Shown here in pieces: positions 1 to 8,446 of a DNA stretch of 39,241 nucleotides. The translations under genes were made by a program, and so were the position numbers. Origin of the DNA: a bacterium (GTDB lineage Bacteria > Hydrothermota > 32-111); the NCBI GenBank assembly GCA_050239825.1, contig JBFXGO010000008.1:1-39241 (forward strand). The letters run 5' to 3'. The notes under the pieces are model-generated. The model did not search any database. It was not told the DNA's origin and saw only the letters and a program-made list of their open reading frames with translations. Numbering within the stretch: position 1 is the stretch's first letter; each line of letters starts with the position of its first letter.

Positions 1-11
1 TTCCTTTCCAT
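1..11 (-). CDS. 5' end of a gene running off the window
   Basis: Minus-strand ATG at 11-9 preceded by GGAGGA Shine-Dalgarno (tcctcc near 16-21); product cannot be determined. Confidence 0.5.
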
Positions 12-205
12 ATTATTCCTCCTTTAGGTTAAAGTTTCAAAAACATTAACATATATTTCCGCTTTCATCAAATTGATTTTAATGTACTGCATCCACTTTG
101 TCAAGCCATTAATTAGTTAGAGCAAGAACTGATTGATGTGAAGCCGAGTTTATCAGCGATAGTGTCCTCATATAGTGTAAATAATACACTATGAATGATG
201 TTTTT

Positions 206-237
206 TCAATATACAGGGGGTAACCCCTGTATATTGA
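206..237. repeat. Perfect 14-bp inverted repeat (hairpin)
   Basis: tcaatatacagggg-gtaa-cccctgtatattga; a second smaller IR atagtgta/tacactat at 172-192. Confidence 0.9.
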
Positions 238-295
238 GCCGCCTCGCTTGCATTTATCGGCAGAATAGTTATAATAATCTTACAGAAGGTAAAAA

Positions 296-693
296 TTGGA
301 CACTACACTAAGCTCAAAGAAAGAGAAGTCAAAATTGACTCCGGAACAGTTGTTTCAGATTTACACGGAATGCAATTTGCCGAATGCTCCGGTCAAACAG
401 ATTCTCGAAAAACACAATCTCAAGCCATGGGATCTTGTGGTCATCCGCAAAAAGGTTCAATCTGCGGCATTGTCTGCATTGGCACAGAAGGGGAAGCCGG
501 GACGGAAGCAACAGCTTGTGCCTGTGGAGGAACTGGCGAAAGTCAATCAGGAACTGCAGAATACCGAAGATGCATTAGCCGCTGTCGGACACGAGCTATC
601 CTTGCTAAAAAAAAGAGTGGACTGAACCTTGAGGGATATCTTATACTAAAAGCACATAGTATTGCTAAAAAGGGTGAAGGGTATAAGATATAA
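296..693 (+). mobile_element. Truncated IS3-like element: OrfA-like protein (296-625) with A8G slippery site and short -1 frame tail
   Basis: 109-aa HTH/coiled-coil-like ORF ending ..ELSLLKKRVD over ctaaaaaaaagag; -1 frame stays open only to 693; no DDE OrfB follows. Confidence 0.55.
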
Positions 694-902
694 ACGGCGG
701 AGGGAAGTGGTCAAGACCTTTATGTCGTAAGTCATAAAAAGGCCGATTAAGATGTTAGTCCCAATAATGGATGCAGATCATCAACTTCGCTTATAATTCT
801 TTCTAATAAAATATCCTTTTTGAAATAGAAACCATCTTTACCTCCCGATTACTTTCAAACTCTATCTTTGCATCTTAAAAATCTTGATATTCTTAATATC
901 AA

Positions 903-1868
903 TTAATTGACAGAAGCAAAAAGCGATGTTTCCTCATATTTATCTACTTCTTCTAATCTTCTTTCCGCAATCTCAACATAATCTTCATTCAAATCAATGC
1001 CTATGTAGTTTCTTCCTAATATTTTCGCTGCAACAGCGGTTGTACCACTTCCTATGAAGGGATCCAGCACTATTGCATTTTTTGAAAAAGCTGAAAGTTG
1101 AATGAGATATTTACATATTACCAGTGGTTTTACTGTTTTATGATTATTGAATTCCCCTTTTTCTTTTTTTTGAGGCTTTGATATTAAAAAGGTTTTATCT
1201 ATCAATTCATTAATTCCTTCTACAGAAAAGACATTCGCCGGATACATATTATCACCAATTTTTACATTAGTGTTTAATAAGCCAACTTCATAATCCAAAA
1301 TATTTCGAATAAAAGTACTCTTAGTGGGTTTTTGAGCCATTACTATAGGCTCAAAACAGGATTTTATCTGAGGTGTTTTCCATCCATTAAGCTTCTTTTT
1401 AAGCTTAATTTTACTTTTTTCGTCTATATCCATCTTATCTATAAAATGATCTAAACTCATTGCCTTCATCTGATTTTGTGTATATAACCACATGAACATA
1501 TCTCTTATTTCGAATCCGGAGTCATCTACAGCCGATGCCATTCTGTGATAAAGCCGAGGACTTGAAAATGAAAAGAAAAAACCACCCGGCTTAATTACTC
1601 TGAATAGTTCTTTTGATATTTTCAAATACCATTCATAAAATCTAACACCTTGATCTCTTTCAAATTTCATTCCGGCTGGCAGTGATTTTATAGTATGCTG
1701 ATTATTATTATTTGAAACTTTTTCATTATTCCAATTATTATCCATCTTATCTAAAAAATATGGCGGATCGGTTAAGACAATATCAATTGAATTTTCAGCT
1801 ATTTTAGGCAAAACATTTAAAACATCATCACAAATAATTCGGTTTAGGTACTTAACATTTCTATTCAT
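903..1868 (-). CDS. DNA amino-methyltransferase (N4/N6, beta class)
   Basis: DPPY motif N-terminal, HKTVKP, and DPFIGSGTT SAM-binding motif C-terminal. Confidence 0.93.
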   Translation of the reverse strand: MNRNVKYLNRIICDDVLNVLPKIAENSIDIVLTDPPYFLDKMDNNWNNEKVSNNNNQHTIKSLPAGMKFERDQGVRFYEWYLKISKELFRVIKPGGFFFSFSSPRLYHRMASAVDDSGFEIRDMFMWLYTQNQMKAMSLDHFIDKMDIDEKSKIKLKKKLNGWKTPQIKSCFEPIVMAQKPTKSTFIRNILDYEVGLLNTNVKIGDNMYPANVFSVEGINELIDKTFLISKPQKKEKGEFNNHKTVKPLVICKYLIQLSAFSKNAIVLDPFIGSGTTAVAAKILGRNYIGIDLNEDYVEIAERRLEEVDKYEETSLFASVN

Positions 1869-2596
1869 TTGGGGACTTTTCCTTTAAATTCTCTGTAAAG
1901 AATTTTATAAATTGCCTTTTTCACTTCCGTATCACACGATTTTACTACTTGGGCATTTGCAATTTTTATTACTCGCCCCTTATCATCATATACCCATCTG
2001 TTTCTGTCAGCTCTGTTACACTTTTGACATTGAGGTATTATGTTGCCAGACACCAAAGGTTTATTTGGATCTTTATGCGCTTTCTGTAGTTTAGTTTTGG
2101 TACCATGCCAATGCAGATGAGGTTTTCCCTCTTGCGACCCACATGTTGCACACCTAAATTGAAACATCTCTTTTATTTTTTTCCAATCATCTGTATCCGT
2201 AATTCTATGACCTTTTGTAAATCCCGGGTAAGGTTGTTCAAGAGTGTAAAGTTGATAAGAACCTCTTTCAATAGAAAGAACAATATTATCTCTACCTCCA
2301 GCTAAAATCCACCAACCGCTTTGAGCTCCCAAATGTCTTGCTTGCTGAACATCATTCGTATTTGGATAATAAGTTCTGATAAACTTTGTTAGCTCCTCCT
2401 TAGAAACTTTACGAGTTTTTGGATAATCATAAGCAAGATATACAAGAACTAATCCATCCTTTGTAAAATTTCCATTTTTATCATGAAGTTTTGGGAGTTT
2501 AACTCCGAATATTTTTAAATATTTTTTGTGATAAGAGCAAAGAGTCTTATAAATAGATTCTATGGAAGATTTGTTCAATATCAAATTATCTAACAT
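1865..2596 (-). CDS. Putative HNH-type restriction endonuclease
   Basis: CATC...KAHKDP...NIIPQCQKCN zinc-finger/HNH pattern; ATGA overlap with the methyltransferase. Confidence 0.75.
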   Translation of the reverse strand: MLDNLILNKSSIESIYKTLCSYHKKYLKIFGVKLPKLHDKNGNFTKDGLVLVYLAYDYPKTRKVSKEELTKFIRTYYPNTNDVQQARHLGAQSGWWILAGGRDNIVLSIERGSYQLYTLEQPYPGFTKGHRITDTDDWKKIKEMFQFRCATCGSQEGKPHLHWHGTKTKLQKAHKDPNKPLVSGNIIPQCQKCNRADRNRWVYDDKGRVIKIANAQVVKSCDTEVKKAIYKILYREFKGKVPK

Positions 2597-2953
2597 TTTT
2601 TGTCCTTTTTTCTTAATGATATAGTATGGTAAAAATTAAGTCAATATTAAATTGTAATAATAAAGAATAATGTCAAACATCGCATATACGAAATATGCCT
2701 ATGTGGCAGACCAAAAATAATTTAAATAGAATAGCGAAAGCTATATAAATCGATTTAAAAATTGCTTTTCATAGCTCTGGAGATTTATATAAATCCTTCA
2801 TTAACGCCTTATAAACTTTCTGATTCCGTTTTATTCCCTGAAAATATAGAAACGATGTATCGGATATTTCGTAAAGCACAGTTTTCTTTTTCGGTTCTAT
2901 ATTAAAGTCTTGGTTTTTATGAATCCAAATTGCTTTATGAATAATCGTCAATT

Positions 2954-2984
2954 AAAAAGAGAGGCGCCGTTAGGCGCCTCTCTT
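2954..2984 (-). terminator. Intrinsic terminator
   Basis: 12-bp stem aagagaggcgcc-gtta-ggcgcctctctt with U-tract on minus strand just after the lipoprotein stop. Confidence 0.9.
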
Positions 2985-2993
2985 AAAAATCAA

Positions 2994-3365
2994 TTAGTCC
3001 TTGTGAAGAACTACAGGAATCGAATTATCAATTGAATAATTTATTGTAGTGTCATCGACAAATTCAAATGAGTAATCCGTTGATGTGGTCTCTGTCTTGT
3101 ATGTGAATGAATATGCATCATCTCCGACTTCTTCGGTTATCTCTACATCAGGGTTTAAAGCAAGCGCCTTATAGTCCATCTCTATTGATGAGTGGTATAG
3201 GACATTATCCTCAGCAAATTCCCATGTGAAGATGTCGTAGTCATCCGACCATGATCCGATTATCCATGATGGAGGATTTAAAGTTGACTGGTTGAGAAGC
3301 GAACATGAAGGAAGAAATGCAAACAGCAACAATGCCGCAATAACTGTGATAAGATTTTTTTTCAT
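2994..3365 (-). CDS. Hypothetical lipoprotein
   Basis: Likely start MKKNLITVIAALLLFAFLPSC (lipobox) after AGGAG; the ORF-track start at 3404 is probably too long. Confidence 0.8.
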   Translation of the reverse strand: MKKNLITVIAALLLFAFLPSCSLLNQSTLNPPSWIIGSWSDDYDIFTWEFAEDNVLYHSSIEMDYKALALNPDVEITEEVGDDAYSFTYKTETTSTDYSFEFVDDTTINYSIDNSIPVVLHKD

Positions 3366-3411
3366 ACGACTCCTTTTTATTTTTTTGATTGAAATTTCGT
3401 TCAATATCTTT

Positions 3412-4248
3412 TTAAAGTTTTTTCAACGCCTTATTGAAATCTTTTTTTAAAATCCGCGGGATGCTTTTTTTTATGGGAAAACTTTCTTCTAAAACATCTT
3501 TTGAATATCTGTCCACCGCCTTTTTTATTTCAACAGAGAGGTCACAGTATTTTTTTATAAAACGAGGCACAAAATCGGAATACATTCCCAAGATGTCATT
3601 GATAACAACAATCTGGCCATCGCTCTTTGTACCCGACCCGATCGAATAGACAGGAATCAAGAGATTCTTTGTCAGATATTCCGTCACAAGGTCAACTGCA
3701 TTCTCTATGATTATCATCTCTGCTCCGACTTTTTCAAGAGCTATTCCGTCTTTGATTATTGAGATTAACTCCTCCTCTTTGTACCCCATCACCGGATAAC
3801 CGCCGTATTTTTTATAACTCTGCGGCTTCATGCCTATATGCCCGCAGACAGGAATACCTGCGTCAATAACAGCGCCTATCCGATCTATCAGCTCTATTCC
3901 ACCCTCCATCTTGACCGCATCGCATCCGGTCTCCTTCAACACACGCCCGCAATTTCTGATAGCATCCCTCTTTGATGGCTGGTATGACATGAAGGGCATA
4001 TCAACTATCATGTATGGGGTCTTTAATCCTTTCCTGACGCCTTTTGAGAAGACTATCATCTCATCAAGCGTTATTTCAAGAGTCGACTTGTTTCCCAGCA
4101 TGACCATTGAAGCCGAATCTCCCACAAGAACCGCATCTATTGAGCATTTTTCAAGCGCCGAAGCAGTTGAATAATCGTAAGCAGTCACTAGGACTGCCTT
4201 ACGATTATTCTTTTTCTTTTCAAGAAGATCTTTGTATTTTATCTTCAT
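3412..4248 (-). CDS. panB: 3-methyl-2-oxobutanoate hydroxymethyltransferase
   Basis: TAYDY, LVGDS, VDMPFMSY, VKMEGG, GHIG motifs. Confidence 0.96.
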   Translation of the reverse strand: MKIKYKDLLEKKKNNRKAVLVTAYDYSTASALEKCSIDAVLVGDSASMVMLGNKSTLEITLDEMIVFSKGVRKGLKTPYMIVDMPFMSYQPSKRDAIRNCGRVLKETGCDAVKMEGGIELIDRIGAVIDAGIPVCGHIGMKPQSYKKYGGYPVMGYKEEELISIIKDGIALEKVGAEMIIIENAVDLVTEYLTKNLLIPVYSIGSGTKSDGQIVVINDILGMYSDFVPRFIKKYCDLSVEIKKAVDRYSKDVLEESFPIKKSIPRILKKDFNKALKKL

Positions 4249-5756
4249 TCTTCTTCTATGATTATTATCTCCTCTTCTCCTGCCACCTTAATTGTGTCAT
4301 TATTCTCTGCCGCCTCTTCCTCTTCAACCATTATTGTCGTCTCTTCTTTCTTCTCCTCTTCAACTATTGGAACAACAGTCTCCACTGTTTTCTCCTCAAT
4401 AATGGGCTTTATTTCTTCGACTTTCTCTTCTACCGGCTTTACCTCTTCAATAATTGGAGTTTCTTCTATTACGGGCTCCTCTTCCACTGCTTTCACCTCT
4501 TCAACAACAGGCTCCCCGTAATTGACCGCTTCATTCTTCACCTCTTCAATGACGGGTTCCTCCGTTGTCACAACTGCTGTTTCACTCTCCTGTGTTATGA
4601 CAGTGTTGTCTCCGGTGAGTTTCGCGATTGTATTGTATTTCTGAAGAAGATACTCTGTTTTATTTCTGTATGCAAGCTTAAGCTCCTCATAGGGCTTTAT
4701 GTCCATGTTGCCTTTTATTGATATCATCGCCGCAGTTGAATAATCTTCATAGGGTGCGAGAACCTGACACGCGCCAGCGGCATAGTACTCTCCTATTTTA
4801 TTCTTTCTTATGACTGTGAAAACATCTCCGGAATTTATGTTTTTATCTTTTCCGGCATTTACAAAGACAATTGTATACTCGTTTGTTTTAAGCTTCGGAT
4901 TTTCTGTTCCTATCAGCGAAGCTCTTATGTCTTCCGATTCCTTTAGGTAGGTTGAATTTAGGGGCACATGGGGTTCGTTCATGAAACCGATGAAGTCGCC
5001 CTTTTTAATCAAATCGTATGACTTGGTTATGGTGCCGACAGCATGATTTCCTTCCCAACCGTTTATCTTCACGCATCCGATTATGTTTACATGCTTGCCC
5101 TTCGATTCTCCGTTTTCATTGTCCTTGACCTTTGTCTCATACCTGAATATGATGAATTCCTTATTCTTGAATGATTCATCGATTGTGTCAAATTGCATAT
5201 ATATCTTCTCGTTCATGACCATCTGGTATGAATCTTTGTATAGAGAAGTAATCTTTCCGATCTTAGGATTGGACACTGAGAGATACCCTGCACGAAAGGC
5301 CAGCTTCTGCGCCACTGCATATTCTATTGAATTTGAAATTTTGACACTCTTTGTCCTCTCTATTTTTTTTATATCCTCTCTTACTGATTTTACGGCGCCT
5401 ATTGTCTCATCCTCTTTGACCTCCGTATAAACAATATTTTTCTCTTCTGTCTCTTTTTCCGCTATGACATCCTCTGTCTCGGTTTGGATGTAGGAGGTTT
5501 CGGTCGTCTCAGTTACGGTTTCTGTCTGGTCTGCCGGAACATCCGGAATTATGAATTCCTGACCCGGATAGATCCAATGCGGGTCTGAAATCTTGTCCAT
5601 GTTGGCATTGTAGATGTTTCTCCAAATGTAAGGATTGCTGTAATAATAGCCTGATAAGTCCCAGAGTGTGTCTCCTTTTTTTACGACATGCACTTTCTGT
5701 GCGAAAAGCGCATTAAAAATCATGACACATATGAGCAGGAAGGATGCTCTTTTCAC
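4245..5756 (-). CDS. Secreted LysM peptidoglycan-binding protein with acidic low-complexity C-terminus
   Basis: Signal peptide; HVVKKGDTLWDLS...W..IY.AN...I.DPHWIYPGQ LysM; EEPVIEEVK-type repeats. Confidence 0.9.
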   Translation of the reverse strand: MKRASFLLICVMIFNALFAQKVHVVKKGDTLWDLSGYYYSNPYIWRNIYNANMDKISDPHWIYPGQEFIIPDVPADQTETVTETTETSYIQTETEDVIAEKETEEKNIVYTEVKEDETIGAVKSVREDIKKIERTKSVKISNSIEYAVAQKLAFRAGYLSVSNPKIGKITSLYKDSYQMVMNEKIYMQFDTIDESFKNKEFIIFRYETKVKDNENGESKGKHVNIIGCVKINGWEGNHAVGTITKSYDLIKKGDFIGFMNEPHVPLNSTYLKESEDIRASLIGTENPKLKTNEYTIVFVNAGKDKNINSGDVFTVIRKNKIGEYYAAGACQVLAPYEDYSTAAMISIKGNMDIKPYEELKLAYRNKTEYLLQKYNTIAKLTGDNTVITQESETAVVTTEEPVIEEVKNEAVNYGEPVVEEVKAVEEEPVIEETPIIEEVKPVEEKVEEIKPIIEEKTVETVVPIVEEEKKEETTIMVEEEEAAENNDTIKVAGEEEIIIIEEE

Positions 5757-6061
5757 TTCTCCTCCTTTTGTGAATTTTCTGATTTCTCATTCTGCTTCTG
5801 CAGATACAGATATTTGAGATTGCTGAGAATCTCATCGAAAAATTTCTTTTCATCCTCATTCAAACATGCATTCATTTTATTTTTAAGGTATTCCAAGAGA
5901 TCGATGGCGTGATTTGCCGCCTTTAAATCAAGCTTTGATTCCACACCCGGTATCTCAAGCATCTTCAAGCTTGACAAAGCCTGCAGGTAAAAGGGGTTGA
6001 TAATTTCCAGCAATTTTGATTCTTTCAGATTTTCAGACAAGGTTGCCTCCATTTGTGGCAA
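5753..6061 (-). CDS. Small conserved protein, DUF1844-like
   Basis: DLKAANHAIDLLEYLKNKM...L..ILSNLKYLY pattern; coupled within the operon. Confidence 0.6.
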   Translation of the reverse strand: MPQMEATLSENLKESKLLEIINPFYLQALSSLKMLEIPGVESKLDLKAANHAIDLLEYLKNKMNACLNEDEKKFFDEILSNLKYLYLQKQNEKSENSQKEEK

Positions 6062-7190
6062 GTATATTTTTAGAATAATACATTTTTTTATGCCTTATAA
6101 AAACACGCGGCACTCTTGGCCCTATGCCGGTCATAATTTCATATATAAGAGTCTTCGACATACCGGCAAGCCTGCTAAGGCGGATATTCTCGCCAAAGAC
6201 TTCCACTTCATCTCCGGCTTTCGCTGATTTTATATCTGAAACATCTATCATAGTCAGATCCATGCAGACATTACCTATGACTTTGGCTTCTCTGCCTTTT
6301 ACAAACATGCTTCCCCTGTTGGAGAGCGCTCTGGGATAACCGTCCGCATAGCCGATAAGACATGTTGCGATGCGCATATCCTTTTTAGCTGTGAATGTGC
6401 GCCCATAAGAGACTGATTCGCCTTTTCGAAGAATCTTTATCTGTCCTATCCGAGTCATAAGTTTCATCACCGGTTTTAGAGTTATACTGTCTCTAAGCCT
6501 CTCGTCTGTATATTGTCCGTATATCATTATACCGGGTCTGACAAGATTGTATCTGCAGTCAGACAAATTCTCAATCGCAGAAGAGTTGGCGATATGTCTG
6601 TATTTGAATTTTATTCCCTTCTTCTGCAGTTCATACAATATTATATCAAATCTTTTCTTCTGCGCAATAGAGAAAGATTTATTTTTCTTTTCCGCTTCGG
6701 CAAAATGAGAGAATATTCCCTCTATTCTGATATTTTTCAGTTTGGTCATTTCCTCTATCTGCTCTGCGGCATCTTGATAAAATATGCCGGTTCTGTTCAT
6801 TCCGGTATCAACCTCAACATGAGCATTCACCAAGCGTCTCTTCTTTCCAGCCGCTTTATCAAGTTTCTTAGCGAAATCCCGATTTATGATATTTGGCATC
6901 AAATTGTAATCTATGATTCTGTTTATATCAGATTCCATGGTGGGACTCAATATCAAAATCGGATTGTCTATTCTGTGTATTCTCAACTCTATAGCCTCAT
7001 CCATTGACGCTACTCCGAACATCTCCACCTGACGAGACAGAATGCGCGTAATTTCAATGCTGTCATGCCCGTAGGCATTGGCTTTTACGGCGGCAAGAAT
7101 CTTTACTCCTCCGCCAAGAAGCGATTTAAGCGCCTTTACATTATGCAAGAGATTATCTACATCAATCTCCGCCCATGTCCGATTCTTCAT
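6033..7190 (-). CDS. alr: Alanine racemase
   Basis: AVKANAYGH PLP-lysine motif, VDTGMNRTG, GYADGY, VCMD. Confidence 0.96.
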   Translation of the reverse strand: MKNRTWAEIDVDNLLHNVKALKSLLGGGVKILAAVKANAYGHDSIEITRILSRQVEMFGVASMDEAIELRIHRIDNPILILSPTMESDINRIIDYNLMPNIINRDFAKKLDKAAGKKRRLVNAHVEVDTGMNRTGIFYQDAAEQIEEMTKLKNIRIEGIFSHFAEAEKKNKSFSIAQKKRFDIILYELQKKGIKFKYRHIANSSAIENLSDCRYNLVRPGIMIYGQYTDERLRDSITLKPVMKLMTRIGQIKILRKGESVSYGRTFTAKKDMRIATCLIGYADGYPRALSNRGSMFVKGREAKVIGNVCMDLTMIDVSDIKSAKAGDEVEVFGENIRLSRLAGMSKTLIYEIMTGIGPRVPRVFIRHKKMYYSKNILATNGGNLV

Positions 7191-7539
7191 CCTTCTCCTT
7201 TAAAATTTCATTTTTTGTGAGAATCAGCCTCTCAAAATCTATAAGGAATTTTGTTTTCAGCGTGTAGTTGTCCCATGAAAAATCATACTCCACGAGGGAA
7301 TCAATGTCATAATTGTAAAATTTTTTAAATGATTCCAAAGATTTCGGATACCTCTTGTTCTGCCTGTAATATTCATCTATTCGGTTCTTAAGGTTCACAA
7401 CAGATACAAGTTTTTCGGATTCCTCGTCTATTTTCATGTTTTTCAGCTGGCTTGGCGGCTTGACAAAGAGAATCATCGCAGTTATCACTGCTAAAAATCC
7501 AAAAAGAATTTTGTAAAATTTTTCTTTATTCTGTTCCAT
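7162..7539 (-). CDS. Hypothetical membrane-anchored protein
   Basis: N-terminal hydrophobic helix; overlaps both neighbours in the operon. Confidence 0.7.
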   Translation of the reverse strand: MEQNKEKFYKILFGFLAVITAMILFVKPPSQLKNMKIDEESEKLVSVVNLKNRIDEYYRQNKRYPKSLESFKKFYNYDIDSLVEYDFSWDNYTLKTKFLIDFERLILTKNEILKEKDEESDMGGD

Positions 7540-7837
7540 TGCCTGAGTTCAGAAGTTTTTCATTGTTCTTCTCATCCACCATCGCTTGATTCCATCTGGG
7601 TTCAAACACAAGATTCACTTTGACATTTCCTTCCCCGGCTATAGCTTCAAGCTTCTGCTGAACATCTCCCATCATCATTGAAGCGAGAGGGCAACCCGGG
7701 AAAGTGAGCGTCATCACAACTTCAATCTTGTTGTCTTTTATTTCAACATCATATATCAATCCCAGTGTAACAACATCCATTCCTATTTCAGGGTCAAGCA
7801 CATTGCTGAGTTCATCTATAATCTGCTTTCTGTCCAT
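7526..7837 (-). CDS. Fe-S cluster assembly protein, SufT/PaaD (DUF59) family
   Basis: DPEIGMDVVTLGLIY...MTLTFPGCP...VFEPRW; start re-assigned to ATG at 7837 after GGAGGT. Confidence 0.9.
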   Translation of the reverse strand: MDRKQIIDELSNVLDPEIGMDVVTLGLIYDVEIKDNKIEVVMTLTFPGCPLASMMMGDVQQKLEAIAGEGNVKVNLVFEPRWNQAMVDEKNNEKLLNSGNGTE

Positions 7838-7938
7838 AGCACCTCCATTATAATATTTATTTTTATCATATAAATATGTTATAGTCAATAGGGAAGACCA
7901 TAAATGATTTAAATTACCTGCCGGAAAACGCCAGTTTT

Positions 7939-8142
7939 TTATTGACGGAGATTTACTAAGCATTGCATACTTTGCTGTCTCATCTTCAATGCCCTCTTTC
8001 TGTACTTCTCTCCCCCGGTAAACTTGAAGAGCGTATAGTAAACAAATGCAATGTCCTCATCTTCGGGAAATTCTTTGACAATCTTCAAAAAGCCGTCTAA
8101 TGAATGTGTTTTATTTTTTATGAACGTTAACTTTTCCCTCAT
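7939..8142 (-). pseudogene. Possible C-terminal remnant of a cyclase/AAA/TPR protein
   Basis: Helical YYTLFKFTGGEKYRKRAL segment resembling the ends of such proteins; no convincing RBS. Confidence 0.4.
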
Positions 8143-8370
8143 CAGTTCATGCTCAAATCTCGACTTCTTGTCATCAACAGCTGTTACTCTTGCTTCTGAT
8201 TCCGAGGGAGTATAATAAAATTGTGTAAAATCAATAGGAGTGGAATATAATAAGATTAACGAGAAGGAGATATTGAACCGAATAATGAAGAGTGAGCGAG
8301 AGATATATCTGTCAAGTAATGATGATTATGCTAATGGGTATATTGAACGGGGACTTGGAACACCTCGGGG

Positions 8371-8410
8371 AAAAAGAGAGAGGGCGGCTTTTAAACTTAA
8401 ACCGCCCTCT
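8371..8410 (-). terminator. Intrinsic terminator after the LVIVD gene
   Basis: agagggcgg (8379-8387) / ccgccctct (8402-8410) stem followed by CTCTTTTT on the minus strand. Confidence 0.75.
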
Positions 8411-8446
8411 GCGGGAAAACTGCTTTCTCTTTTACCTTTTTGTGTT

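Noticed and set aside
2769..2951. 60-aa ORF downstream of the terminator
   Set aside because: No RBS or recognisable motif; possibly a remnant but unsupported.
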